Positions 21,514-31,423 of a stretch of DNA of 64,000 bases are shown piece by piece; within the stretch, counting starts at the first letter, position 1, and each line of letters starts with the position of its first letter. Below the pieces are notes generated by a model that saw nothing but the letters and a program-made list of their open reading frames with translations, was not told where the DNA came from and searched no databases. A program made the position numbers and the translations under genes. The DNA comes from Patescibacteria group bacterium UBA4664 (GTDB taxonomy: Bacteria; Patescibacteriota; Saccharimonadia; CAILAD01; BJGX01), in assembly GCA_943354575.1 (NCBI GenBank), contig CALRCL010000001.1, positions 2,934 to 66,933 of the forward strand. Reading direction: 5' to 3'.

Positions 21514-22961
21514 AGCTTTAATTCCTTAAGTTTATTGTGCCAGTTACTATCAGATTGGATGTGTTTAGCGATAGCCAAAATTTTAATATCGTCGCCTTGC
21601 TTGCCGATAATTTGCAGCCCCATAGGTAAGCCAGTTGTAGGCTCAAAACCGATAGGAATACTAATGGCTGGTACACCAGCGAGGTTTGCAAATACTGTCA
21701 GTAGGTCGGTCTTGTACATTTCGACAGGGTCGGATTTTGACCCGAGCTTAAAGGCTGGCTCGAGAGTAGTTGGTACAAGTATTGCATCGTTAGATTCAAA
21801 TACTTTATTGAGGGCTTGTATAATTAGTGTCCGAACTTGCATTGCTTTTTTGTAATAGGCGTCGTAGTAGCCGGCCGAGAGCGCGTAGGTGCCAATGATG
21901 TTGCGGCGTACTACTTCGGGGCCCAAGAATTCGCTACGGGTTTTCATGTAGCTATCTAGCAGGTCCTTGCTATCCTTAGCCTTGCTGCCGTATCTTACGC
22001 CATCGTAACGCTCCAAGTTGGAGCTGATCTCAGAAGGCACCAAGACATAGTAAGCTGCCAGGGCCAGCTCTAGTGGAACCAGCTCGGCAATACTAGCTTC
22101 GGTTTGGATATTAAGTAGGCTGCTGTCTATCGCTGCAACGCCTTTCGATACTACATTAGAATCTTCGTCGTCATAAAAGACTGCTTTTAGCTTGCCGACG
22201 GGCTTTTTGTCGCGAGGAGTTTTGTCGCTCAAGGCTATGGTGGTGGAATCCTTGCTATCCTTGCCGGCAATAACTTCAAAGACTATCTGTGCATCTTTGG
22301 CAGACCGAGCCACAGGGCCAACGCAATCAAAGCTACTGGCCATCGCAATTACTCCATACCGACTAACAACTCCGTAGGTTGGCTTAAAGCCTGTTACCCC
22401 GCAATAGCTGGCTGGCTGGCGAATTGAACCACCGGTATCAGTACCTAGGCTAAATATACCAAAGTCTGCCGCCACCGATGCGGCCGAGCCGCCCGAACTT
22501 CCGCCCGGCACTCGGTCGAGGTCCCAGGGGTTATGTGTGACATGATAAGAACTATTTTCGGTGCTGCCACCGTGCGCGAATTCGTCCTGATTGACCTTGG
22601 CAATCAAGACTGCTCCAGCTTGGTCGAGTTTTTCGATAACAGTTGCTGAGTAAGGCGGAATATAATCTTCCAGTATCTTACTGGCAGCCGTGGTTCGGAT
22701 TCCTTTAGTCAAGAACATATCTTTGGCGGTATAAGGAATGCCTTCGAGCAGCCCAATCTCTGCCCCGCTGGCGATTTTGGTATCGACCTTTTTGGCTTGC
22801 TTTAGGGCTTGGCTTTCGCAGACTGTCAGAATGGCACGGATTTTTGGGTTTAGATTACGGATTTTACCAATGTAAAATTCAGTCAGCTCTTGGGCCGAAA
22901 TCTTTTTGGCTACTAGTAGCTCATGAGCTTCTGTAATAGATAAATAATTCAAGTCGGGCAT
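21510..22961 (-). CDS. gatA: Asp/Glu-tRNA amidotransferase subunit A
   Basis: Amidase signature GGSSGGSAA, GTDTGGSIRQPA; start taken as MPDLNY overlapping the gatC stop. Confidence 0.96.
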   Translation of the reverse strand: MPDLNYLSITEAHELLVAKKISAQELTEFYIGKIRNLNPKIRAILTVCESQALKQAKKVDTKIASGAEIGLLEGIPYTAKDMFLTKGIRTTAASKILEDYIPPYSATVIEKLDQAGAVLIAKVNQDEFAHGGSTENSSYHVTHNPWDLDRVPGGSSGGSAASVAADFGIFSLGTDTGGSIRQPASYCGVTGFKPTYGVVSRYGVIAMASSFDCVGPVARSAKDAQIVFEVIAGKDSKDSTTIALSDKTPRDKKPVGKLKAVFYDDEDSNVVSKGVAAIDSSLLNIQTEASIAELVPLELALAAYYVLVPSEISSNLERYDGVRYGSKAKDSKDLLDSYMKTRSEFLGPEVVRRNIIGTYALSAGYYDAYYKKAMQVRTLIIQALNKVFESNDAILVPTTLEPAFKLGSKSDPVEMYKTDLLTVFANLAGVPAISIPIGFEPTTGLPMGLQIIGKQGDDIKILAIAKHIQSDSNWHNKLKELKL

Positions 22962-23251
22962 TATAGTACCTTCTTGACCTTTACATAACCATCCTGCATG
23001 TCTGGTGTGCTGGCTAACAAAAGTTTTGGAGCGATTGCGCATTTCTCGACCAAGTCTTCGCGCCATACATCGGTAAGCCCGGTGACCTGAGAGGTTAGCT
23101 CGACGCCGGCCGTATCGGTGTTTTGTATGGTATCGACAAAATCCAAAATCGAGCTAATCTCGCTGCTGGCTACTACTAGCTCGTCGTCGGATAGCTCAAT
23201 TCTGGCTAGCAGTGCAACCTTTTGTATTTCGTCTAATGATAACTTTGCCAT
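22961..23251 (-). CDS. gatC: Asp/Glu-tRNA amidotransferase subunit C
   Basis: VALLARIEL...WREDLV...YVKVKKVL, upstream of gatA. Confidence 0.92.
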   Translation of the reverse strand: MAKLSLDEIQKVALLARIELSDDELVVASSEISSILDFVDTIQNTDTAGVELTSQVTGLTDVWREDLVEKCAIAPKLLLASTPDMQDGYVKVKKVL

Positions 23252-23296
23252 ATCTGTTATTTTAGCAGATACTGCCCAATATTAGTACCTGCGATG

Positions 23297-24031
23297 TTAT
23301 TTTGCCGAGGAGGCCTGGGGAGCAACTATAAAGGCCAAAATAATTGCATAAATAATTGCAAAACCACACATTACCGACGGTATTGCTAGCTCAGACGATG
23401 GGATTATCCAGTATACAATTCCGGTCGGGACTAGAAACGATAGGGTTCCGATACCGAGCCAGTGTAGTGAGTTGCGCCTAACTTTAGATTTTTGTTTTCT
23501 AGACATCACAAAAACAATTGCGAGGGTTATCAATAGTAGCCCAAAGTAATAGCTAGAGTATACAGCCGTGGCTGTTTCGGATAATGCAAATATTACATAA
23601 TTGCCGGTGCATATTGAGTTATTGATAGCACTTGGGGCAAAACCAAAAAATACCGCAAAGCCCGTTGCCGTAAGTAGCACCAAGGCGCTCGACCAATGGT
23701 TTTTGCGGCCAGATATTTCGTTGGCCAACGTAACTCCTAGGGCCGGCAAAAAAGTAATTGCCACAAAGCCTACGCGCGAGGATACATCAGTAATGAAGCT
23801 GCTATAGCTTCCACAAACAGAAAATTCGGCGAGCTGAAATACTGCTAGCAAAACTAATGAAGCCGAAATAATATTCTTAATCCTCGAGGGCTTGATGCGC
23901 AAAAAAGTATATATCGCCAGAGCAATCTCGACGACGAAGGTAATTATCATCACCAGAGGGCTGAAGCAATATAGGGTATTTTTGTTTCGAGTGGTTGATT
24001 TTTTTGTTTGTTTTTTATTAATTTGAATCAT
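23297..24031 (-). CDS. Multi-pass membrane protein (~7 TM)
   Basis: Repeated hydrophobic segments; CFSP N-terminal motif. Confidence 0.75.
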   Translation of the reverse strand: MIQINKKQTKKSTTRNKNTLYCFSPLVMIITFVVEIALAIYTFLRIKPSRIKNIISASLVLLAVFQLAEFSVCGSYSSFITDVSSRVGFVAITFLPALGVTLANEISGRKNHWSSALVLLTATGFAVFFGFAPSAINNSICTGNYVIFALSETATAVYSSYYFGLLLITLAIVFVMSRKQKSKVRRNSLHWLGIGTLSFLVPTGIVYWIIPSSELAIPSVMCGFAIIYAIILAFIVAPQASSAK

Positions 24032-24052
24032 AACTTGTTACGCTTAATTGTA

Positions 24053-26059
24053 TCACAAAGCGAGCTTTTTGATAAATCCCCTCTCATCTAAGGTGGTCAC
24101 GCCCAGGCTTTTGGCCTTATCGTACTTGCTACCCGGGTCTGCCCCATAAACAACATAGCTAGTCTGGCTGCTGACTGAGTTGGTTACCTGCCCTCCTCGC
24201 GCTCGTACTTTTGCGCTTGCTTCTTCCCGGCTTAGCGAGCTCAGAGTTCCTGTAAAAACCCAGGTTGTAGAGGTCAGTTCGCCTTTGGCTTTTGGCTTGG
24301 CGGTGGCAACTACGACTCCGTGGGCTAGCAGCTGCTCAACAAGGCTAATGTTTTTAGGCTGCCCAAGCCAACCGATGAGCGAATCTGACACGACACCACC
24401 AACTCCGTCAATACTAGCCAAATCGTCGGGCTGAGCAACCAAAAACTTGGCTAGGCTGTGGTAGTGCTGGGCTATATCGTTGGCGGTTTTGGACCCGACA
24501 TGGCGAATACCTAGGGCGTATATAAATCTCCCTAGCCCCACTTTGGAGTGCTCATTAATAGAGTCGATAAGGTTCTGAGCTGAGGTTTCGGCGAACCTCT
24601 CGAGGCCAAGCAGATCGTCTTTGGTTAGTTTAAAAATATCGACGGCGCTAGCAACTAGCCCTTCTTCCATTAATTGAGCTAGGATCTTCTCGCCCAGACC
24701 ATCAATATCGAAAGCCGATTTTGATACAAAATGTATAAGCTGTTGCCAGCGTATTTCGCCGGTTTGCAAATCTGCCAGTCGAGCCACTGCCTCACCGGCG
24801 GGGCGCACCACAGCAACTCCATCGATGCTGGTTGGCATTTTCCATATTTTTTCATTTCCGGTTCTGAGCTTGGTGATAGGCTCAATCACTTCGGGGATAA
24901 TATCGCCAGCCTTTTGAATTATTACGGTATCACCAATGCGCAGGTCCTTGCGCGCAACTTCGTCTTCATTATGGAGGGTGGCACGCCTAACGGTACTGCC
25001 AGCCACATTGACCGGCGTCAAAACTGCATAAGGTGTAACTGCCCCCGTCCGCCCAATGCTAACTCTAATGTCTTCAAGTATTGTAGTGGCGGTTTCGGCC
25101 GGGTACTTGTAGGCGACGGCGCCACGAGGTGCCTTGCCGGCCACGCCGAGTGACTCAAATTCGGCATTATCATTGATGGTAATGACGAGTCCGTCGGTCT
25201 GGTACGGCAATTTCTGGCGCTCGCCAGACCACTTGTCAATATAAGATCGAATCTCTGCCACACTCGATACAACTTGGTCGTTTGGCTCCACCATAAAGCC
25301 GAGCTCGCGGGCCATATTGTGCTCGTCTTCATGGCTGGTTAGGCCTGGCAGATCCATCTCTACTGCGTAGGCAACAAATTTTAGATTACGGCTGGCGGCT
25401 ACTGCTGGGTCAAGCTGTCGGACAGTACCCGCTCCGGCGTTACGCGGGTTAGCAAATAATGGCAGGCCATCTTTGGCTCGCTGAATGTTGATATTGTCAA
25501 AATCTTTTTTGGGTATTATGACCTCTCCGCGGATTTCAAAAAAATCATAAACCTCAGCCGAGACCTTATCACTTTGGCGCAACTTTAGTGGTACGGTCTG
25601 AATTGTCTTAACGGTATGGGTAACGTCTTCGCCGATCTTTCCGTCGCCGCGCGTTATAGCGCGCACAAACAGGCCTTTTTCGTACTGCAGTGCCATAGCC
25701 AGACCATCCATCTTGAGCTCTATATAATATTCGAGCTTAGTTTTTTGGGTGAGCTTATGAACGCGCTGCTCCCAAGCCTCTAGCTCGGCAATATCGAAAA
25801 CGTCATTTAAGCTGAGCATTGGGCGTTGGTGTGGGATACTTTTAAATTTTGCCGAGGCCTTACCGCCGACTCTCTGAGTTGGTGAATCGGGCATTATTAA
25901 TTCAGGATAGGCAGCTTCGATTTTGGCTAATTCGCGGGTTAGGCTTTGATAAACCTCATCTGTAACCGACGGATCTCCTAGCACATGGTAGCGGTAGCGG
26001 TAGTCATTAATTACGCCAGACAGCTCTTTGGCTCTGTCCTTGGCCTGGTCTTTATTCAT
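24053..26059 (-). CDS. ligA: NAD-dependent DNA ligase
   Basis: ELKMDG, ANPRNA, TLHN, HhH repeats, BRCT; Zn-finger cysteines absent. Confidence 0.97.
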   Translation of the reverse strand: MNKDQAKDRAKELSGVINDYRYRYHVLGDPSVTDEVYQSLTRELAKIEAAYPELIMPDSPTQRVGGKASAKFKSIPHQRPMLSLNDVFDIAELEAWEQRVHKLTQKTKLEYYIELKMDGLAMALQYEKGLFVRAITRGDGKIGEDVTHTVKTIQTVPLKLRQSDKVSAEVYDFFEIRGEVIIPKKDFDNINIQRAKDGLPLFANPRNAGAGTVRQLDPAVAASRNLKFVAYAVEMDLPGLTSHEDEHNMARELGFMVEPNDQVVSSVAEIRSYIDKWSGERQKLPYQTDGLVITINDNAEFESLGVAGKAPRGAVAYKYPAETATTILEDIRVSIGRTGAVTPYAVLTPVNVAGSTVRRATLHNEDEVARKDLRIGDTVIIQKAGDIIPEVIEPITKLRTGNEKIWKMPTSIDGVAVVRPAGEAVARLADLQTGEIRWQQLIHFVSKSAFDIDGLGEKILAQLMEEGLVASAVDIFKLTKDDLLGLERFAETSAQNLIDSINEHSKVGLGRFIYALGIRHVGSKTANDIAQHYHSLAKFLVAQPDDLASIDGVGGVVSDSLIGWLGQPKNISLVEQLLAHGVVVATAKPKAKGELTSTTWVFTGTLSSLSREEASAKVRARGGQVTNSVSSQTSYVVYGADPGSKYDKAKSLGVTTLDERGFIKKLAL

Positions 26060-26801
26060 TCAGGTCTCCGTACATCTTGGATTGAAATATAAAAAATATC
26101 GGGACAAATACGGTAGCCTCTATGGAACTAACGAGCCCCGAGATGTATTGGTTTTGAGCCACCGATTGGTTTAGCGTCAGCAAAAATTGTACCGATGTCA
26201 GAACCAGCATAAACACCAGCAGCAACAAGAAAGTTCCCAGGTATATGCGCCATCTATTTTTACTAGTTAGTTGTGTGCTATTTTTGAGAGATTCAAAAGT
26301 TGATTTTGTAGTGGCGACCACAATTATTTGAGCTAGCCCAAACCTTGCTAGCAAGTATGAGCTTAGTAAAAAACTACCAACCGATAAAGGTAAAAATATT
26401 GCTGGAGGAAAACCAAAAATCGGCAGAGACACAAACATGCCTAGCAGGCTCAAAAATATTGGCAGTGCAAATAGTGCCAAGATAAGGCTAACTGCCGTAT
26501 ATTGCAAAAACCTAGAGCTGGCAAAAGAATATATCGTAGCCAGTTTTGAGTTTTGCAATTTAGATTTGTTGGCAGCGAACGATATGGTAGCAATAAATGC
26601 AAAAGCCCAAACTATAGCGGTTGTGATGCCGTAATCCCCCAGTGCGCCATCGTTTTGAAAGATGCCTATCAATGCGACCGGCAAAGCGACAATCAAGATT
26701 ATTTTAAAATAAACCTGGTAGTTATTTTTCCACTCCACTAATGTTTGCTTGTATAGCTTCCATACCTTGAGTTTTGGAATGTGACGGTTGTCTTTTTTCA
26801 T
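26052..26801 (-). CDS. Integral membrane protein
   Basis: Multiple TM segments. Confidence 0.75.
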   Translation of the reverse strand: MKKDNRHIPKLKVWKLYKQTLVEWKNNYQVYFKIILIVALPVALIGIFQNDGALGDYGITTAIVWAFAFIATISFAANKSKLQNSKLATIYSFASSRFLQYTAVSLILALFALPIFLSLLGMFVSLPIFGFPPAIFLPLSVGSFLLSSYLLARFGLAQIIVVATTKSTFESLKNSTQLTSKNRWRIYLGTFLLLLVFMLVLTSVQFLLTLNQSVAQNQYISGLVSSIEATVFVPIFFIFQSKMYGDLNE

Positions 26802-26827
26802 GTTTTATCAGACTGCTTAAGTATACT

Positions 26828-27397
26828 TTAAAACTTAACTTCCGGAGCTTTACTGACGGCAGCTTTTTCGCCTTCGGCTACATCAAAAAAGTCTCTGGGT
26901 TTGAAGCCGAGCATATTGCCGATGATGTTAGTCGGAAAAACTTTCAATTTGGTGTTGAAATCTGTGACATTCGAATTGTAAAGTCTGCGACTGGCTTGAA
27001 TCTTATCTTCGGTGTCAGCCAGCTCGGTTTGGAGTTGAATAAAGTTTTGGTTGGCTTTGAGGTCTGGGTAGCTTTCGGCGACCGCGAACAAGCTCTTTAG
27101 GGTCGAGGTTAGCATATTGTCGGCTTCGGCTTTTTTAGACATATCCCCTTTGCCGGCGTCCATTGCGGCCGATCTGGCTTTGGTGACATTTTCTAATACG
27201 CTCTTTTCGTGTTTGGCGTAACCTTTGACGGTACTAATGAGGTTTGGAATTAGGTCAAGCCGGCGTTTCATCTGGACGGTGATGTCGCTCAGGGCTTCGT
27301 CGGCCTTAATACGCAACCGTACTAGGCTATTATAGGTGGCCCACAGTGCTACCGCCAGAGCCACAATTATTGCTAGTATTACCCAAAGAGCTGTCAT
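26828..27397 (-). CDS. lemA: LemA family protein
   Basis: YNSLV...RRLDLIPNL...AESYPDLKANQNF...RRLYN...FPTN. Confidence 0.95.
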   Translation of the reverse strand: MTALWVILAIIVALAVALWATYNSLVRLRIKADEALSDITVQMKRRLDLIPNLISTVKGYAKHEKSVLENVTKARSAAMDAGKGDMSKKAEADNMLTSTLKSLFAVAESYPDLKANQNFIQLQTELADTEDKIQASRRLYNSNVTDFNTKLKVFPTNIIGNMLGFKPRDFFDVAEGEKAAVSKAPEVKF

Positions 27398-27441
27398 GTT
27401 TCCTCCGATTATTTATATATCTATTATACTACTGTTAATAG

Positions 27442-27476
27442 ATAATAAAAGCCCTGCAGAAGCAGGGCTTTTATTA
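27442..27476 (-). terminator. Terminator hairpin type A after the duplicated tRNA-Leu tail
   Basis: ATAATAAAAGCCCTGC/GCAGGGCTTTTATTAT. Confidence 0.8.
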
Positions 27477-27640
27477 TGGTGGGCAAGGAGGGACGGCGTC
27501 CGCCGCGGCGGACTTTTCCCTGCGGTGCTCGGTAAATATTCAAGTGAACTTGATATTTACACTGCGCTCCTCGTACACCGAACCCTGGGTATCGAGCCCG
27601 CTCAAACATAAAAAATAACCCCTGGCGGGGCTACTTTTTA
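27477..27640 (-). repeat. tRNA-linked structured repeat, copy 1 (terminator + body + 18-bp copy of tRNA-Leu 3' end)
   Basis: 27477-27494 is identical to 27641-27658; body 27495-27609 is near-identical to 40541-40655 in inverted orientation. Confidence 0.9.
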
Positions 27641-27726
27641 TGGTGGGCAAGGAGGGACTCGAACCCTCAATCCTTAAAGGAAACGGATTTTAAGTCCGTC
27701 GTGTATACCAATTCCACCACTCGCCC
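27641..27726 (-). tRNA. tRNA-Leu(TAA)
   Basis: Cloverleaf GGGCGAG...ACGGA-CTTAAAA-TCCGT, long variable arm, TTCGA, CCA. Confidence 0.95.
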
Positions 27727-27746
27727 ATGGTAGTTGTGTATTCTTA

Positions 27747-27820
27747 TGGAGGCGCGTACCGGATTTGAACCGGTGTAGAAGGTTTTGCAGACCTTTGCCT
27801 AACCACTCGGCCAACGCGCC
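27747..27820 (-). tRNA. tRNA-Cys(GCA)
   Basis: GGCGCGT...CTGCAAA loop...TTCAAAT...ACGCGCCTCCA. Confidence 0.95.
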
Positions 27821-28004
27821 CCGTGCCATATATTATACCTTGCTTGCTTAATCTGTAAAAGGGTAGAAATTTAGCGGACTTTTTGGTATGATTAGTCGCG
27901 TACTTTGCTCTTTCAAATATCCTTAAATGGCACGCTTTTTATAATTCAATTCAAAATTACTAGCCAATTGAATATAAATGCCGTAGCATTATTGAAGTAA
28001 CAAT

Positions 28005-28080
28005 GGCGGGATAGCTCAGTTGGTAGAGCAGTGGCTTGAAGAGCCTCGTGTCCTCGGTTCGAATCCGAGTCTCGCCACCA
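28005..28080 (+). tRNA. tRNA-Phe(GAA)
   Basis: GGCGGGATAGCTCAGTTGGTAGAGC...TTGAAGA loop...TTCGAAT...CCA. Confidence 0.93.
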
Positions 28081-28110
28081 AAGATTATTCTTTTAATTAA
28101 ATTACACCAT

Positions 28111-28187
28111 GCGGGTGTAGCTCAGTTGTTTAGAGCGCTTCCTTGCCAAGGAAGAGGTCGAGAGTTAGAGTCTCTTCACCCGCACCA
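28111..28187 (+). tRNA. tRNA-Gly(GCC), integration target, variant T-loop
   Basis: GCGGGTG/CACCCGC acceptor stem, TTGCCAA loop, T-loop TTAGAGT, CCA. Confidence 0.92.
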
Positions 28188-29672
28188 ATTTGCATTATTA
28201 GAGCCTGAAAGGGCTCTTTTATTTTCTTCAATGATTGTTTTATAGGGGTCACGCACATCAAAGTACAGCTTTTTGTCCCACATTTTAATGTTAGAAAGTA
28301 ACATTTTAATCAGCTTCTGTTTTTGAACCTCTGTCGAACATTCAAACAGTTCATTTGAGCGTTGTATCAAATCTAACAGATAGGACGCTGTAATTAGAAA
28401 GTCTTTGTTGCCACTCGTTAGTTTTATCTGTTTATCATTCAAAATCTGTTGCTCGTTGCTTAGGTCTGTAACCATTTCGTCATACAGCTCTTTAGTAATA
28501 CGCCCCTCTAAGTGAGTGTGAGTCAAAGTTTTAATCTTTGCTTTCAGCATGTCGTATTGTTTGCGAGTTTGTTCAAGCGTCTCTGTGTAGTAGAGCTGTT
28601 GTGTATCATGACGCTTACGAAGCTCATTAATGACTTGTTCCAACCCCTCAGCAGGTATAGGTAGTCCGCAGACTATCTCGGCTATTGTAGGCATCATATC
28701 TTTGCCTTGCTCTGAGCTATTCACATTGCCACAGTCGCCTTTAGCACCAGTACACTTCATGTATACATTGCCTCGAGCTGTGTAGGATGAGACTGTGCAA
28801 TTGCAAGCCTTACATCTCACAATTTCCTTAAAAGCAAAGTTCTTGCTTCTATAAGCTGTATGCTGGTCGTGTCTGTCTTTGCGTACCATTTGGCACTTAT
28901 TGAAAAGCTCACGAGTAATGAGAGGCTCATACTTGTGGGGGTATGTATGCCCCATATAAGTCATTAGTCCATGGTAGAAAGGATTTTTTAATATCTTTTC
29001 AGCGTGTGATTTGTTGAGTTTTCTACCAGATTTGCTAAGCAGACCATCTTTGTTTACTTGCTCAGCAATTGCTTCATAGGGCATGCCAGTAGAACGAAGC
29101 TCAAACATCGTAACAATGTGTTTGGCACGCTCTGTATCAACATGTATATCCTTTATTGGTTTTTCCTTAGTACCAAGATTTACATTTACATAGCCAATAG
29201 GTGCATAGCCTACCCAAGTTTTGTTAGCTAGCATTTCATCAAAGCGTCGCTTTACATTATCTCTAATGCTATCTGAATAGTACTTGGCCAATGCCATGCC
29301 AATCCCAAGTCTAAATAGGTCTGTTGCTGGCGATGTCTTGTCTATAAACAAATTGTCAGACGGAAAATGTATTTCAATTTTACCTTGTCGTACAAGAGCG
29401 TTTAGCTCTTTGACTTCTTCTTGGCTACTATCCCTCGTAAAGCGGTCAATTTTATCAAAGACTACTATGCATGGCTCTTTTTGTGACTTGATGTCTTCAA
29501 CTAATTTTGAGAACTCTTTTCTTACATCTACGCTGTGAGCACTCTCGTCAAACTCATGATATTCATACTTACAGTGTTTTTCCTTTGCATACTTTTCTAG
29601 CTTTAGTTTTTGGGCTGGTAGTGCCTTTCGTTGGTCTTTGTCTGATACTCTAGCGATTAAATAATATAACAT
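28176..29672 (-). CDS. Large serine recombinase (integrase)
   Basis: YLIARVS catalytic Ser, DKIDRFTR, recombinase domain, Zn ribbon (CKAC...C...C), coiled coil; ends WCG* inside tRNA-Gly. Confidence 0.93.
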   Translation of the reverse strand: MLYYLIARVSDKDQRKALPAQKLKLEKYAKEKHCKYEYHEFDESAHSVDVRKEFSKLVEDIKSQKEPCIVVFDKIDRFTRDSSQEEVKELNALVRQGKIEIHFPSDNLFIDKTSPATDLFRLGIGMALAKYYSDSIRDNVKRRFDEMLANKTWVGYAPIGYVNVNLGTKEKPIKDIHVDTERAKHIVTMFELRSTGMPYEAIAEQVNKDGLLSKSGRKLNKSHAEKILKNPFYHGLMTYMGHTYPHKYEPLITRELFNKCQMVRKDRHDQHTAYRSKNFAFKEIVRCKACNCTVSSYTARGNVYMKCTGAKGDCGNVNSSEQGKDMMPTIAEIVCGLPIPAEGLEQVINELRKRHDTQQLYYTETLEQTRKQYDMLKAKIKTLTHTHLEGRITKELYDEMVTDLSNEQQILNDKQIKLTSGNKDFLITASYLLDLIQRSNELFECSTEVQKQKLIKMLLSNIKMWDKKLYFDVRDPYKTIIEENKRALSGSNNANWCG

Positions 29673-29708
29673 AATTATCTCCTTATAAGTTAACATTAAT
29701 TACTAGTA

Positions 29709-30812
29709 TTAAGCAATGCTTTTCGAGAGCATTTCTATACGGGTTGGTTGAAATTCGTTTAGTGAACTAGTGACTTTTGAAATGTCGCTGTAACGACGAC
29801 CCTTAATTGTTTTCAAGTTTGGTTTTAGCTTTGGCCAGTAGTGTCTACCAAACCGCTTATCAAGTGTGTTTCGCAGAGCAGTTGTGCTTTCTTGATTTGC
29901 GATGAACAGCCCTGCAACTGCGGCAAGCGAGGCTTGTGGAGTTGCGTTCTTGTTTTCGGCTAGGTAGTTCTGAAGCAATTCTAGGGGCATATTTACATCC
30001 ATTGATAGGTAATCTATCTGCGAAGAAAATACTTCCCAATGCTTCAGCAATAGCTGGCGAGATAGTTTAGCTTCGAACAGCCTGCTAAACACCAATTCAT
30101 CTTTAGGGATGTCCTTGAAGTTATGTTGCATTGCTCTCATGCTATTTATGCGGACTTCGTAACGAAGCACACTAAAATCATTAACCACGCCTATGTCGTC
30201 CAGCACAGAAACCTGTAATTGGTTATCTACCTCTCTAGATTTCTTGTCGCTGGTCTTTGCTCTATGCAAATCAGCGAGCTTGTCATAGAAAGCAATGTCT
30301 TTCGAATTGCACTGAAAATGCAAAACTTCACCGTCCTGAAAGTTAGTCTTTTGTATGCTGTACACACGAGTGTAATCAGCCTTTCGCAAGGTGTTGATGA
30401 CTACCTGACAGCCTAAAGGGTTATCAAGCAGAATGTTCTTGCTTGGGTGCCAACATACGACCCTAGCACTAGCTAGATTGTCTTTGGAGACAATAACACC
30501 TAAATGTCTAAGTGAAGCTTCCAACTTATCGATGACTACTCCAAAGTCTTTGTCAGTAAGCTCATCAAAGTTATTGCCAAATAACAGCTTGGGAGCTGAG
30601 AACTCCACACTTAGTGACTCTTTTACACCCGCATTTGTTGGGCGTCTTATTAGAGTTAGGCTAGGCAGGTACAGACCAGCTCTCAGCTCATTCCTCGATG
30701 GATTTCGTACCATTCTTGAAACACCACCTTTTACCGTAAAGTTTCTAAGTTCGCTGTGTTCAAGTAGGGTAAACTCGTCAGCACCTAGATATAGTTTTAC
30801 GGTGTCAACCAT
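29709..30812 (-). CDS. Putative replication initiation protein (phage/plasmid gene II/X-like)
   Basis: MVDTVKL, VEFSAPKLLFGNNFDEL, IAFYDK, LRYEVR motifs typical of this rolling-circle Rep family. Confidence 0.65.
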   Translation of the reverse strand: MVDTVKLYLGADEFTLLEHSELRNFTVKGGVSRMVRNPSRNELRAGLYLPSLTLIRRPTNAGVKESLSVEFSAPKLLFGNNFDELTDKDFGVVIDKLEASLRHLGVIVSKDNLASARVVCWHPSKNILLDNPLGCQVVINTLRKADYTRVYSIQKTNFQDGEVLHFQCNSKDIAFYDKLADLHRAKTSDKKSREVDNQLQVSVLDDIGVVNDFSVLRYEVRINSMRAMQHNFKDIPKDELVFSRLFEAKLSRQLLLKHWEVFSSQIDYLSMDVNMPLELLQNYLAENKNATPQASLAAVAGLFIANQESTTALRNTLDKRFGRHYWPKLKPNLKTIKGRRYSDISKVTSSLNEFQPTRIEMLSKSIA

Positions 30813-30817
30813 GACAA

Positions 30818-30982
30818 TTACTCTTCTAGCCCGTTTGGAAATTCAAATGGGTTTTCAAGCTGGTTTTTCATGTATCTAAGACTTTCAAAATCTTTACGCC
30901 TTACAAGTTCTGAAAACGCTAGTAACAAAACATCAGTATCAAGATACTTCACGAATTTTTCAGGGATTATTTTGATTTCCAT
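30818..30982 (-). CDS. Small hypothetical protein
   Basis: ATG after AAAGGAGA, operonic with rep. Confidence 0.6.
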   Translation of the reverse strand: MEIKIIPEKFVKYLDTDVLLLAFSELVRRKDFESLRYMKNQLENPFEFPNGLEE

Positions 30983-30983
30983 A

Positions 30984-31166
30984 TTATTTATCTCCTTTAT
31001 TGTTGGGTTTATTGAGTTCAAGTTGCGTGTTAGTAAATGTCTTTCGGTGCAAGTCGGTAATTCTGTACCGTAGGAAGCCTGCCATTGAGCGTTCTTCATT
31101 TCTCGCTAGGTCTCTCAGCTTTTGCCAGACATCAACTGGAAGCTGTACTGTTTTGATTTGTGCCAT
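30984..31166 (-). CDS. Ribbon-helix-helix (CopG/Arc-like) DNA-binding protein
   Basis: KTVQLPVDVWQKLRDLARNEERSMAGFLRYRI fits the RHH pattern; SD AAGGAGA. Confidence 0.7.
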   Translation of the reverse strand: MAQIKTVQLPVDVWQKLRDLARNEERSMAGFLRYRITDLHRKTFTNTQLELNKPNNKGDK

Positions 31167-31332
31167 TCTCTTCTCCTTGTTTAGATTGCTTTGTTTTAAG
31201 GTCAATCTCGATGAAAACATCTAGGTAGTCCGCAATCGCAATCACTATTTCTTGCGATAACTCAGAAGACACGCCTTTGTTTGTGGCTTGCTTTTGTGGT
31301 TCTTCTGGTTGAGATTTGCTATTCGTTTTCAT
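31132..31332 (-). CDS. Small hypothetical protein
   Basis: ORF leading the RHH-rep-int operon. Confidence 0.5.
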   Translation of the reverse strand: MKTNSKSQPEEPQKQATNKGVSSELSQEIVIAIADYLDVFIEIDLKTKQSKQGEENGTNQNSTASS

Positions 31333-31363
31333 AGTTGCCTTGTTGCAACCAATCACGAACATT

Positions 31364-31390
31364 AAAAAAGCCCGTTGTTGATTACGGGCG
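31364..31390 (-). terminator. Intrinsic terminator
   Basis: Minus strand GCCCGT/ACGGGC followed by TTTTTT after the 31424 ORF. Confidence 0.7.
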
Positions 31391-31423
31391 TATCGTCACA
31401 CAAGGGTTAGTCTGAAAATATTT

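Noticed and set aside
22962-23066. N-terminal extension of GatA in the ORF track
   Set aside because: Overlaps gatC; the real start is most likely the ATG at 22961
27424-27611. ORFs 27424-27609(-) and 27336-27611(+)
   Set aside because: They overlap the hairpin-rich repeat, and the frame is not preserved in copy 2 (indels)
28036-28245. 69-aa ORF
   Set aside because: Runs across tRNA-Phe and tRNA-Gly; spurious
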